A DNA stretch of 64,000 nucleotides from assembly GCF_000002075.1 (NCBI RefSeq), contig NW_004797441.1, forward strand, positions 733,047 to 797,046, given 5' to 3'. Below, one piece after another: positions 1 through 12,971 of the stretch (the first letter of the stretch is position 1; each line of letters starts with the position of its first letter). The translations under genes and the position numbers were made by a program. This DNA comes from Aplysia californica (lineage: Eukaryota). The notes under the pieces were generated by a model. It did no database searches and had not been told where the DNA came from. It saw only the letters and a list, made by a program, of their open reading frames with translations.

Positions 1-2297
1 TGGTGCAGATACTCAGAAAAGATGGTATCTGTGCATATAATAGAAAGCTGTAATTTTGCAACTTTAGCCATCGGGCACACAATTCGCTATGAAGTAATTC
101 CTCCAAATACAACTTTATGTGTCTAATATAATCTTGAATATTCGCATATTTTCTCGAAAGTTTATAAAAGTCACCATGAAGATTCTCTATGAAAAGTACA
201 AATCGATTTTAGTGCTAGAATACATCTTCAATGTAGATCTAATACACGAACAGCATCTGTTACACTCCAAAAATTCCTTACTTTTCTTAAAACGCTAAGT
301 CTAGGTTTTGTAAGTTGACTGAATAATAGGGATGACTTCTCGTAATTGGGTTATAAGAATAATTTCTAGCTTTCCAGGGACACTGAATCAGCACCAGACT
401 TTTCCAGTTTTATTTTTCGTTTCTATGACCATTTGCAATAACTGACAATGTGACTGATTTCTTTACATTCATAATTGTGTCCGTGCATATTTCCGACACA
501 AAAAAATAAGAATGAATGTGTTAGCTGTCATTATTTTTATTCCATACAAGAAGTTTATCTCTACCCATGTATTTACACGGTTTTTGTGTTTTTTAATCGC
601 TTAGATTCTATATTATATCTTTTTAGTTGTATGCATGCTGCCATAGACACAGCATGATTCATGAACAAACGCAGAGTAACTTTCTCTTGTTTAAGAGTAA
701 AATAATGTATAGTATAAGGTTTTACGGCGCTCGCAACTGCTAAGGTCATATGAGTGCGCGAAACACAAGTTGTTCACCTCTGCGCAAGTTCACTTCACGA
801 CTGGCTAACTAATTTACTTTAAAATGCTAAAAAGTTAAAATATTCAAATTTGGTGTAAATACATTTGTGATCTAAAACAACTTTTAAGTAACAATAAAAA
901 TTTTTAATAATATCAAATTCACTCTACAACTCGCCATAAAGGCCAATGGCCTTTATAAAATTTAAAATTCTGCTGGGAACAACGACGGAGAAAATATCCT
1001 GCAATTTCTTGCATTTATAATATTTCCTTCGGATCTCTCCAAAGTCTAGACATTCTGTTAAAATGTGTCTAATGGTAAAATCTGTGTCGCATCCGACACA
1101 GAACGGCTTCTCCTCTCCCTGTAGGAGGTATTTGTGGGTCAGGGCTGTGTGTCCGATGCGCAATCGAGTAAAAATGACTTCGTCTCTTCTGGAGAGATCC
1201 GAAGGATTTCGCTGTTCTAGTTTGGGTTTAATTTAATATAATTTATTATTTTTCTGGTTTTCCCAGTGGCTCTCCCACAGACTGGAGGTGTACTTTTTGA
1301 CTTTATTTCTAAAGTCAGTCTGTGGGAGAGTGTTTGTCGTTGATCCCAGCAGAAGGGATGAAGCTTTCTTGGCCAGGTCGTCTACCTGCTCGTTTCCTCG
1401 GATGCCCACATGGCTGGTATCCATGCGAACATGATGTTTTTTCCTGTTTCGGATAGTGTATGGATTTTCTGTTGTAGCCTAACTATTTTTGGGTGTATGA
1501 GTGTGTGGTTTGTGAGTGAGGTGATGCAAGACAGAGAGTCAGAAAGGATAAGGAAAGATTTGTTAGGAGAATTTTCTACAGAGTCCAGTGCCATGTCAAT
1601 GGCAGTGGCCTCCGCAGTGAAAATGGAGGCTTCAGGATGGAGTCTCCTCTGGTGTGTATTGTTGGGAGATAGGGCTGCGGCGCCCACTTCATTGTCTTTT
1701 TTGGAGCCATCCGTGAAGATGAGCTCCGCACCGGGGTATTTATCTATTAGTTTTTTGTATTCTGCTTGAAAAGTTTTGGTGTTTGTGCTTTCTTTGTTGT
1801 GTGTGGTCAGCTGTAAATCTACTTTTGCCTTGGTGAGGTGCCACGGAGGGAGGTCGGGGAAAAGAATTTGTTGGATGTTTTGTTTGGGAAAGTGTAAGTT
1901 TTTGAGGTCCTCAAGGATTCTGAGGCCGAAAGGTTTGATGAGTTTTTTGTTGTTTTGGAATTTGTTTCTGGTTTCTGGATTTGTTTGAAAAATGCTGTTG
2001 TGCGCTGGATTTTCCGGTGTTGAGCTCTGTTTAACTGCGTATTGTAGTGAGAGTTGTGTGCGTCTGAGTGAGAGTGGTGGTATGTTGGCCACGGCCTGGA
2101 GGCTCTCCACCGGAGAAGTGCGGAAAGCCCCCAGAGCGAAGCGGAGTCCTTGGTTTTGTATTGGATCTAGTATTTTTAAGACGTGTGGTTTTGCCGATCC
2201 GTAGACTTGACAGCCGTAGTCAAGCCTGGACCGGACAAGGGAGATGTACAAGTGGAGAAGGTGTTTTGAGTCCCTGCCCCACTCCGTATTTGATAGA
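1..2297. repeat. Near-identical duplicate of 4756-7052 (host repeat plus LINE 3' part), ending at a 100-N gap
   Basis: Base-for-base match at offset 4755. About 8 substitutions were spotted by eye, all in the LINE portion (e.g. TAA vs GAA at ~1235). The copy stops at the gap 2298-2397. Confidence 0.9.
706..2297 (-). mobile_element. LINE (I/Nimb-type, RNase H-containing) 3' fragment, duplicate copy, truncated by gap
   Basis: ORFs 1382-2251, 1233-1424 and 924-1163 give RT C-terminus (RSRLDYG), RNase H (FTDGSK, IFTAE, SDS) and CCHC finger. It has one extra stop compared with the 5461-7226 copy. Confidence 0.88.
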
Positions 2298-2397
2298 NNN
2301 NNNNNNNNNNNNNNNNNNNNNNNNNNNNNNNNNNNNNNNNNNNNNNNNNNNNNNNNNNNNNNNNNNNNNNNNNNNNNNNNNNNNNNNNNNNNNNNNN

Positions 2398-2470
2398 GGG
2401 GAAATGGAAAGTGGCCGTTTGTACAGGTGACCGTCTTATAGAGGTGGCCATCAGGGCAGGTTTGACTGTA
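2398..2470. mobile_element. Right end of a Tc1/mariner-pogo-type MITE emerging from the gap
   Basis: Ends ...GGCAGGTTTGACTG followed by TA, i.e. a CAGTCAAACC-type TIR. Confidence 0.5.
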
Positions 2471-3194
2471 TTAAAAAAATAAGAACACTTCTATTTTAGT
2501 AGGGAAAGTGTAGCAGGGTGCACTGACAAGGAAGCTGCCATTCATAAGTGGTGGCCAGCTCTGAGTTAATTAATTTAGACAGTGAAGAGGTCTCCATTTC
2601 ATTTTTTATGTCAAAGATGTAATACAAACAAATTCAATGGTTTTTATTGTAGAGTATGGTAGTTTGAGGGAAATAGAAAAAGAATAAGCGAAATGGCAAT
2701 CACTGAAAAAGTGTGCATAAAGAATTGTAAGTGAAGGAAACCCCCAGGGAATCTAGGCTTACCACTGACCTCAACAAAAGCAATAATGGTCTTGGGGTGT
2801 AAAATAAAAAGGTCCACACAGGGTTTTGATCCTCTTAAAGCGGCCCAGCCTTTTGTGAACCACCACAGGAGCCGTGCTACCAAGACAATGCATGGGTCAT
2901 GCTTCAGTGATCACTGTCACTTTCCACTACATGAACATTCCATACAAGTGGTTCTATCCATGACACTATGACTGATGAAAGAAGATTGCTCTTGTATCAA
3001 TCAATATCTAGATATTAAGTTTACATGTGTTTGACAAAGAAAATGGTAATAAGACCCTTTCATATTCTGAAGCCACACATTGGCTGAGCAACTGTTAAAT
3101 CAGAAAAATTTTGAAATAAAATAAGTTCAATACAGCAACAGAAGTTAATGCTTTGATTATATTCACTACAAACTTGATTATATTCACTACCCTG

Positions 3195-3932
3195 AAGTCT
3201 CTTATGAAAAAGTAAAACCGATTTTAGTGCCAGAATACATCTACAATGTAATACACAAACAGATTCCGTTACACTCCGTAAATTCCTTATTTTTCTTAAA
3301 ACGCCAAGTCTAGGTTTTGTAAGTTGACTGAATAACAGGGATGACTTCTTGTAATTGTGTTATAAGAATAATTTCTAGCTTTCCAGTGACACTGAATCAG
3401 CACCAGTCTTTTCCAGCTTTTATTTTCGTTGCTATGACCATTTGCAATAACTGATAGTGTTCTGACTTCTTTACATCATAAGTGTCCTTGCATACTTCCG
3501 ACACAAAAACTAAAAATGAAAGTGTTAGCTGTCATTATCTTTATTCCATACAAGAAGTGCATCTCTACCCATGTATTAACACAGTTTTGTGTTTTAAAAA
3601 AATCGCATAATATATCTTTCTTAGTTGTATGCAGGCTGCCGCAGGCCGCAGATACAGCATGATTCATGAACAAACGTAGAGTAACTTTCTCTTGTGTAAT
3701 GGAAGAACAAGAGCTAACGCTGAGTGTCTTTAGTTAAAAAATGCAGATGTGTACCTTTCTTCTCTTATAACGTGACTATTACTACTTGCGCAGATTTAAG
3801 ATTTCTCATGGTAAAAGATCTGTCGTGCTGTTTTTAAATAAAAAATCATTTATTCATAAGTTTGTAGCTAAAATAGGCACAGAAATTAACCATTCAAACG
3901 AAGAATAAATCTAAAGACATTAAGCTTTTAGT
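3195..3932. repeat. ~740-bp interspersed repeat, uninterrupted paralogue of 4933-5460 + 7227-7547
   Basis: Diverged direct copy. It carries the empty site (GTAACTTTCTCTTG...GAGCTAACGCTGA, ~3680-3725) of the LINE insertion. Confidence 0.8.
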
Positions 3933-4094
3933 CACGGCGCACGGGCAGTGGAATTTTAGTTGTCGCAGGGGGTTCCCCGCCGGGCGCCTTATCACGTCGG
4001 GGTCACGGGGGTCAGCTCCCTGTCGCCGCTCTGTCTGGGCCGACTTAATTTTTGGTACTTTTCAACGTACAATTTAAGGTGTATCCTTGTATAT

Positions 4095-4537
4095 ATATGT
4101 GAGGCAGCGTGGTGGAATCAGGCTCTGGTAAATTTTTGGGCATGTAGAGTTATTGGTATCATCTTAAAGCTGTTTCACTTGTGTTTATTTGGATGAAAAA
4201 AATATCCATTTATCTTGAATACAAGTCAAAATATTTGCGAATGAAGGAGGTGGGGGTCGCCTGTTTTCAGAGGTAAAACTAGTGAGAAAATGGCTGCTAA
4301 AGATTAGTTATTTCCTTAGCTTAAGAGTCCGTGGTAACTGAAAAGTTACATTTTTTGTGCCTTTAATCAACGTTTCTCAGAAAAATCCACACAGAAATGA
4401 GTTCTTTAATGGGCATGAAAGGTGTTGAGCCAAAAAGCAAAAATTTGATAAAAATTCACAAACCAGCAGAATAATGCAAGTTTCTTCAATTTGATTATTT
4501 TGACGAGAGCCTGATTCCACCACACTGCCTCACATAT
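4095..4537. mobile_element. MITE family A (TIR ATATGTGAGGCAGCGTGGTGGAATCAGGCTCTCGTCAAA); further copies at 18298-18741 and a diverged one at 19861-20280
   Basis: ~38-bp terminal inverted repeats, non-coding interior, three copies in the window. Superfamily unassigned. Confidence 0.8.
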
Positions 4538-5460
4538 GGTAATTCTCATTTAGTGCACCCAAAGCATGCATTTCTGCTCTTGAGATTAAAAAAAGAACAG
4601 ATGTTGTAAATTGTCTGGTTATTTCGTTAGACGCGCTGGAGTCGGCAATGCTAAATTGTAATTTCTTTTGGACGAGCGTGAATGAAAAAAAATCAATATA
4701 AAAAAAAGGCCTCGTCAAAATCTGTCGAACTTTTGGAACATGAATGACATAGCATTGGTGCAGATACTCAGAAAAGATGGTATCTGTGCATATAATAGAA
4801 AGCTGTAATTTTGCAACTTTAGCCATCGGGCACACAATTCGCTATGAAGTAATTCCTCCAAATACAACTTTATGTGTCTAATATAATCTTGAATATTCGC
4901 ATATTTTCTCGAAAGTTTATAAAAGTCACCATGAAGATTCTCTATGAAAAGTACAAATCGATTTTAGTGCTAGAATACATCTTCAATGTAGATCTAATAC
5001 ACGAACAGCATCTGTTACACTCCAAAAATTCCTTACTTTTCTTAAAACGCTAAGTCTAGGTTTTGTAAGTTGACTGAATAATAGGGATGACTTCTCGTAA
5101 TTGGGTTATAAGAATAATTTCTAGCTTTCCAGGGACACTGAATCAGCACCAGACTTTTCCAGTTTTATTTTTCGTTTCTATGACCATTTGCAATAACTGA
5201 CAATGTGACTGATTTCTTTACATTCATAATTGTGTCCGTGCATATTTCCGACACAAAAAAATAAGAATGAATGTGTTAGCTGTCATTATTTTTATTCCAT
5301 ACAAGAAGTTTATCTCTACCCATGTATTTACACGGTTTTTGTGTTTTTTAATCGCTTAGATTCTATATTATATCTTTTTAGTTGTATGCATGCTGCCATA
5401 GACACAGCATGATTCATGAACAAACGCAGAGTAACTTTCTCTTGTTTAAGAGTAAAATAA

Positions 5461-7226
5461 TGTATAGTATAAGGTTTTACGGCGCTCGCAACTGCTAAGG
5501 TCATATGAGCGCGCGAAACACAAGTTGTTCACCTCTGCGCAAGTTCACTTCACGACTGGCTAACTAATTTACTTTAAAATGCTAAAAAGTTAAAATATTC
5601 AAATTTGGTGTAAATACATTTGTGATCTAAAACAACTTTTAAGTAACAATAAAAATTTTTAATAATATCAAATTCACTCTACAACTCGCCATAAAGGCCA
5701 ATGGCCTTTATAAAATTTAAAATTCTGCTGGGAACAACGACGGAGAAAATATCCTGCAATTTCTTGCATTTATAATATTTCCTTCGGATCTCTCCAAAGT
5801 CTAGACATTCTGTTAAAATGTGTCTAATGGTAAAATCTGTGTCGCATCCGACACAGAACGGCTTCTCCTCTCCCTGTAGGAGGTATTTGTGGGTCAGGGC
5901 CGTGTGTCCGATGCGCAATCGAGTAAAAATGACTTCGTCTCTTCTGGAGAGATCCGAAGGATTTCGCTGTTCTAGTTTGGGTTTAATTTCATATAATTTA
6001 TTATTTTTCTGGTTTTCCCAGTGGCTCTCCCACAGACTGGAGGTGTACTTTTTGACTTTATTTCTAAAGTCAGTCTGTGGGAGAGTGTTTGTCGTTGATC
6101 CCAGCAGAAGGGATGAAGCTTTCTTGGCCAGGTCGTCTACCTGCTCGTTTCCTCGGATGCCCACATGGCTGGTATCCATGCGAACATGATGTTTTTTCCT
6201 GTTTCGGATAGTGTATGGATTTTCTGTTGTAGCCTAACTATTTTTGGGTGTATGAGTGTGTGGTTTGTGAGTGAGGTGATGCAAGACAGAGAGTCAGAAA
6301 GGATAAGGAAAGATTTGTTAGGAGAATTTTCTACAGAGTCCAGTGCCATGTCAATGGCAGTGGCCTCCGCAGTGAAAATGGAGGCTTCAGGATGGAGTCT
6401 CCTCTGGTGTGTATTGTTGGGAGATAGGGCTGCGGCGCCCACTTCATTGTCTTTTTTGGAGCCATCCGTGAAGATGAGCTCCGCACCGGGGTATTTATCT
6501 ATTAGTTTTTTGTATTCTGCTTGAAAAGTTTTGGTGTTTGTGCTTTCTTTGTTGTGTGTGGTCAGCTGTAAATCTACTTTTGCCTTGGTGAGGTGCCACG
6601 GAGGGAGGTCGGGGAAAAGAATTTGTTGGATGTCTTGTTTGGAAAAGTGTAAGTTTTTGAGGTCCTCAAGGATTCTGAGGCCGAAAGGTTTGATGAGTTT
6701 TTCGTTGTTTTGGAATTTGTTTCTGGTTTCTGGATTTGTTTGAAAAATGCTGTTGTGCGCTGGATTTTCCGGTGTTGAGCTCTGTTTAACTGCGTATTGT
6801 AGTGAGAGTTGTGTGCGTCTGAGTGAGAGTGGTGGTATGTTGGCCTCGGCCTGGAGGCTCTCCACCGGAGAAGTGCGGAAAGCCCCCAGAGCGAGGCGGA
6901 GTCCTTGGTTTTGTATTGGATCTAGTATTTTTAAGACGTGTGGTTTTGCCGATCCGTAGACTTGACAGCCGTAGTCAAGCCTGGACCGGACAAGGGAGAT
7001 GTACAAGTGGAGAAGGTGTTTTGAGTCCCTGCCCCACTCCGTATTTGATAGAATTTTCAAAGCGTTTAACGCTTTCTGGCACCTCATACGAAGGTCTTTG
7101 ATGTGTGGTATGAATGTAAGTTTTTTGTCGAAAATGACGCCGAGGAAACGAGCTTGGTCCTGGACGGGAATCCTTTCCCCGTATAGTGTCAAATCCGGCT
7201 GCAGCACACGTCTGCCTGTTCGGCAG
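5461..7226 (-). mobile_element. 5'-truncated LINE (I/Nimb-type non-LTR retrotransposon): RT C-terminus, RNase H, CCHC zinc finger, 3' UTR
   Basis: ORFs 6137-7207 and 5679-6179 are joined by a 1-nt deletion (WIP/[S]HVGIRGNE). Motifs FLGVIFDKKL, FTDGSK and C-x2-C-x8-H-x4-C (CVGCDTDFTIRHILTEC). 12-bp TSD AGAGTAAAATAA at 5449-5460 and 7227-7238. Short (TATAC)-type tail. Confidence 0.92.
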
Positions 7227-7868
7227 AGAGTAAAATAAAAGCTAACGCTGATCGTCTTTAGTTAAAAAATGCAGATGTGAATCTTTCTTCTCTTATAACT
7301 TGACTATTTCTACTCGCACAGATTTCAGATTTCTCGTGGTAAAAGACATGATATTCGTAGTCAGTTTAACATAGATTTTGGAGAGACCTGTCATGCCTTT
7401 TTGTAAATTAACAATCATTTATTCATAAGTTTGTAACTTAAATTGGACAAATTGGGTACTCAACAAACACTTGTCTAGAACAAAATCTAAGGCACAGAAA
7501 TTAACCATTCTAACGCAGAATAAATTTCAAGACATTGAGCTTTTAGTACATCCGCGTAATGGTTTGCTATGTGGGATGGGGAAGAAGTTATATTGTTTTA
7601 AACTTAGTCAAAAATGCGAACTTCCTAACCGACACCGGCAAAGCCGCTTCTGGGCTCATTAACCCCGTGACCCCGAGCCGGGGAGCTCCGACGGGCTGCT
7701 GAGTCATGCGAACTAAAAGTAACACAATCGGGCGAAAGAAAAAAGACGCCGTGTAGTACATCCGTGCAATGGTTTGCTGTGTGGAATGGGGAAGAAGTCA
7801 TATAGTTTCAAACGTAGACAAAAATGTGAACTTTTTTACCGACAGGCAAAGTCGCTTCAGGGTTCATT

Positions 7869-10800
7869 TGTAGTGTCCTAGATACGGTTATCCCACCAAG
7901 TACGGTATTAGTATTTCAAGTCGGTGTTACCCGCCTGTGTGTTATGCAATGTAGGTCAATTAAACAAAGAAAGTCTCAGAACACCCGTTCATGGATGTCG
8001 CATGTGTTTTTCTTATTGTGCTAGCCCCTTCAACATAACAAGTGGCGACGAGGGTAAAACAAACATAACTTACACCTTACAATAGTGCAAAATTGTTTGG
8101 AGGTAAGTGACAACAATTGACAATTATCAAAATGACCTCAGTGGCAATTAGCCTGCCTTCCTTCGATCGTTTCGTCGTACACAGTGGTGAAAGTACCACA
8201 GGCACGAGGTGGCAGAAATGGCTCTCCCAGTTCAAGTTATTGCTGACAGCAATTGGCGTCAGCGACGCCGTGAGAAAGAAAGCTTTACTACTGCATTACG
8301 CTGGTGAAGAAGTTTTCGATATATACGAAACATTCTCAGCTGCACAAAAAGGATCTAACACTGAAGCAGGATACAACATACTCTGCCAGTCCCTCACAAT
8401 GCATTTTGCCCCTCAGAAAAATATTGATTACGAAACATTCAAGTTCCGACAGGCGAGACAAGAAGCTGGCGAGAACATAGATTCTTTCTGCACCAGACTA
8501 AGAAAGCTAGCCGCCACATGTGATTTTCAAGACTCAGAGAACTAAAATCTCAAATATTACAGGGCTGTACATCGCAACGCCTGCGCAGACGTGCTCTGTG
8601 AGATGACCTCGATTTACAAAACCTGCTCAAAGCAACAAGGGCTCTCGAGATATCAGATGAACAAGCACAGGAAATTGAAGCGGATAGAAAGCCTGCCACT
8701 ACTGTCTATAATATCAGCAAGCAGCACGCAGCAAAAGGGAAAGCTTCAAGATTCCCATCCACCACACATCGCCTGTACCCCCCATTTCAGCCATCACATC
8801 GTCGCTATCATCAAACGCATGAGAACAGACCTTGTGGATGGTGCGGAGGATTACGACATCCTCGTGATAGATGTCCTGCAAAGGACAAGACCTGCAAGAT
8901 GTGTTCTAAACTTGGTCATTTCTCTAAAGTTTGTAGATCAGGTAACAAACCTTCTACACACCGTCGACACAGCACAGCACATGTGAAACATGTCACCAGC
9001 AACCTAAATGAAAGCAGTGACACCTCAGAGGAAGACTACGTTTTCGGTGTCAAAACCAACCAGAAGACTCCCCAAGTGAACTTAGATCTCTCAGGAGAGA
9101 GCATCCCTTTTTTAATTGACACTGGAGCATCTGTAAACATTCTAAATGAGCAATCCTACAAGAGCCTTAGCCATACACACAAGTTGACCCCCTCATCTAC
9201 ACGTCTCTTTGCATACGGCAGTAACAAACCACTGCAAGTCATTGGACAATTCGAGTCCACCTTAAAATACAAGAAACACCGCGTGCAAGCAACCTTCCAT
9301 GTGGTTCGTTCACAAAAATCAACGAAATGTGGCAATCTTTTAAGTGCAAAAACAGCAGAAGACATGAAATTGTAAATTTCGCATTCAGTGCGACAACCAC
9401 ACCTACTCATTCTTTAACAAACAGTCTCTGCAGTGAATCCCCAGAGCTATTTAAAGGTCTCGGCAAATTAAAGGGCATCAAGGTCACACTGCATCTGGAC
9501 CTGTCAGTCCAACCTGTCGCCCAACCACATCGCCGAATACCCTTTCACCTCAGAAAGAGAGTGGAGGAAGAGATCCAACGCCTAGAGCAGCTCGACATTA
9601 TCAAGAAAGTGGATGGTCCGACACCATGGATTTCTCCCATTGTCATGGTGCCCAAACCCAAAAAACCTGGTGAAATTCGACTCTGTGTGGACATGCATGC
9701 TCCCAACAAGGCAATCAAGAGAACACGCCATATCATGCCCACACTAGATGACATTCTGATGCGTTTAAATCAAGCCAAATGGTTCACCAAGCTTGACCTC
9801 AACCAAGGCTATCATCAACTGGAGCTTGATCAAGAATCAAGAAACATAACTACATTTTCAACGCATATTGGCCTTCGTCGATACAAGCGACTGAATTTCG
9901 GTGTCACAAGCGCTGCAGAAATATTTCAGAACCACATTTCAGAAGTTCTCTCCGACATCAACAACTGCCTCAACACCAGTGACGACATCCTGGTCTACGG
10001 TAAAACGTAACAAGAACACGACGACTCTTTGAAGAAAGTCTTTGAGCGCCTGAAGGAGAAAAACCTCACACTGAACAAACAAAAATGGGAGTTCAATAAA
10101 AACTCCATTGAATTTTATGGATTTATCTTTGGAGGAGACGGTGTCTCTCCAGATCCCAAGAAAATCAAAGCGATCCACGAAATGCCGGCACCAACGAATC
10201 AAAAGGAAGTTTGCAGCTTCCTAGGCATGACTAACTACGTCTCTCGGTTCATCAAGGACTATGCTGACCTCACAAAGCCACTCAGAGACCCAACACGCAA
10301 AAATACACCCTGGTCGTGGTCCGAGGAACACCAGAAATCCTTCAACACACTCAAAGACATGATCACCAGTGACAAAGTCATGACCTACTTTGACCCTAAT
10401 CTCCTCACTGAGGTCACCATTGATGCAAGTCCATTTGGACTTGGCTGCCTTCTCTCACAGCGTGACAACAACAACGTTCACATAGTGGCATACGCAAGTC
10501 ATGCTTTGACTGATGTCGAGTCACGATACTCTCAAACCGAGCGAGAAGCTCTTGCCGTCGTCTGGGCGTGTGAACATTTCAACCTGTACTTACTTGGTGA
10601 ACACTTCACAGTAATCTCTGACCACAAACCCCTTGAAGGAATCTTCAACAGCACAACATCCAGAACCTCAGCAAGAATTGAACGATGGAATCTCAGACTC
10701 CAACCTTACGACTTCACCCTACGCTACCAGCCAGGAGAGAATAATCCAGCTGACTTCCTCAGCAGACACCCTTTTGAGAAAAACAACGTGACCTCCAGTC

Positions 10801-12971
10801 ATATGGCTAAAATCGCAGACGACTACGTCAACTTCATGGCCGGTCATTCAGTCCCTAAAGCCATGACTCTGGAAGAAATTGCCAGCGCATCAGAAAGCGA
10901 TCCAACACTCCAAGCAGTCATCAAATCTGTTCAAACAGATCATTGGCACACGCCGCCTGAAATCACTGTAGATGCTGCCAGTTACCAAGTCTTCAAAACT
11001 GTTAGTGAAGAACTCTCTGTTCACAAAGATGGAACAATTTTACTGCTGGCACACAAATCGTTATCCCTAGATCATTGCAACAGCATGTTATCAACATTGC
11101 TCACGAAGGACATCAAGGCATCGTTAAGACTAAACAACTCCTGTGTGAAAAAGTTTGGTTTCCCCACATTGATCGTCAAGTGGAGAACACTGCCAAATCA
11201 TGTCTAGCATACCTGTCAACAATTCCAGAACACCATTCTGAACTGCAAAGAATGACTCCTTTGCCAACGAAACTTTGGTCTGAAGTTAGTATCGACTTCT
11301 GTGGACCATTCCCTTCTGGTGACTATCTACTAGTTGTCATAGATGACTACTCACGCTTTCCAGAAGTAGAAATCCTGTCATCTACCAGTGCAAGAGCCAC
11401 AATCCCAAAACTTGACTCCATCTTCGCTTGTCATGGTGTCCCACACACCGTCAAGTCTGGCAATGGTCCACCCTTCTCCAGCTACGAATTCAAACAGTTT
11501 GCTTCGCAGCTAGGATGTAAACACCGCAGAATAACTCCTCTCTGGCCCCAAGCCAATGGTGGTGTTGAAAGATGCATGCGAATGCTCAAGAAAACAGTGC
11601 AGTCTGCACACATTGAAGGCAAGCCATGGAAACAAGAACTATATCACTTTTTGAGGAATTACCAAGCTACCCCCCACATCAGCACTGGTGTGAGCCCAGC
11701 AGAAGCTCTGTTCAAACACAACATCAGAGTGAAACTACCTCAGATAGATTCACTCATGAAACCACCAACGACTGACAATGACATTCGTCAACATGACACC
11801 AACAAAAAGGAAGCAGCAAAACGGTACGCTGACGATCGTCGACATGCCCGAAATTCCGACATACAAGTAGGAGACACTGTCCTCGCTCGTCAACCCTACA
11901 AAAACAAACTGTCATCGTTCTATGACCATGATCCATACCAAGTAACCTCTAAGAAAGGTCCAATGGTCACCGCCAGTCGCAATGGCAAAAACATGACTAG
12001 AAACACTTCATTCTTCAAAAGAGTGCCTGATACTCTGAAATCATCCAACCCTACAAACTCAACAGAGGAAGAAGAGGAGGATGAGGACAATGAAGCTTCG
12101 AATGAAACAGCAGACAATCAAAACCCAACTACTACCAATGAACCAATCGCGACTGAACGTCCCCAACGTCACCGTAAGCGTCCTGGATACCTAAAAGACT
12201 ATGTGACTTACTCAAATGAACATTCGTCAAGCTGAAATTGAAACATGAACATTGTAATCGTGTCAAACAAATTTTCTACTCATTAACTCAGTGCATTCTG
12301 TTTTGTCTCGTGTCCAGTGTACTCTGATTCTTCGCACAGTTTCGTATCTGTAGTGTAAGCAGAGAAATCTTGGTGTATATTATGTATCCGTTCCACGTTC
12401 ACTCTATTAAGTTATTCACTTTTAATTTCAGACTAGCCGTCTAGATGTTTTTTTGTTGTCAATCTCATCGTAAGTAAAATAATCAAGAACTATACACCTA
12501 AATTAGCATAAGATCAAGAGCTCGCTGAAATTCGTTATCGTGATGTTCCTTTATTATTTTTCATCACATGTACATCTACCTCTTGTTAAAGTTAAAACTA
12601 ATATTAAAAAAAAACCAACAACAACAACAAAAACCCACTCTATGTTCATCGACTAACAAACGTTTTATTTTGCCTCTTTGATGTCCATCCCCTTCAATCA
12701 ACTACTAAATAAATAGCTAAAGAAGTTGCTGTACATCAGTTCTTCCACACTAAGGAAAAGATGATTTTAAACGAAGTAACCATTCAAGGCTAGGAGGGAT
12801 GTAGTGTCCTAGATACGGTTATCCCACCAAGTACGGTATTAGTATTTCAAGTCGGTGTTACCCGCCTGTGTGTTATGCAATGTAGGTCAATTAAACAAAG
12901 AAAGTCTCAGAATACCCGTTCATGGATGTCGCATGTGTTTTTCTTATTGCGCTAGCCCCTTCAACATAACA
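7869..12971 (+). mobile_element. Full-length, decayed Ty3/Gypsy LTR retrotransposon, Mag-like lineage
   Basis: 172-bp LTRs (7869-8040 and 12800-12971, TG...CA, 2 mismatches). 5-bp TSD TCATT (7864-7868 / 12972-12976). PBS TGGCGACGAGGGT at 8043-8055, complementary to the tRNA-Ser(GCU) 3' end. PPT AAGGCTAGGAGGGA at 12786-12799. Confidence 0.96.
8132..12235 (+). pseudogene. Disrupted gag-pol of the Gypsy element (gag with two CCHC knuckles, protease, RT, RNase H, integrase)
   Basis: CGWCGGLRHPRDRC and CKMCSKLGHFSKVC; FLIDTGAS; KLDLNQGYHQL and NTSDDILV; TIDAS, SQTEREALA; HEGHQG, SIDFCGPF, VVIDDYSRFP. Frameshifts near 8545, 9370 and 11046; stops at 8599 and 10008. Confidence 0.93.

Noticed and set aside
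1410-2204. Plus-strand ORFs 1410-1769, 1776-1988, 1992-2204 (and copies at 6165-6959)
   Set aside because: Antisense shadows of the LINE ORF2, with no independent protein features.
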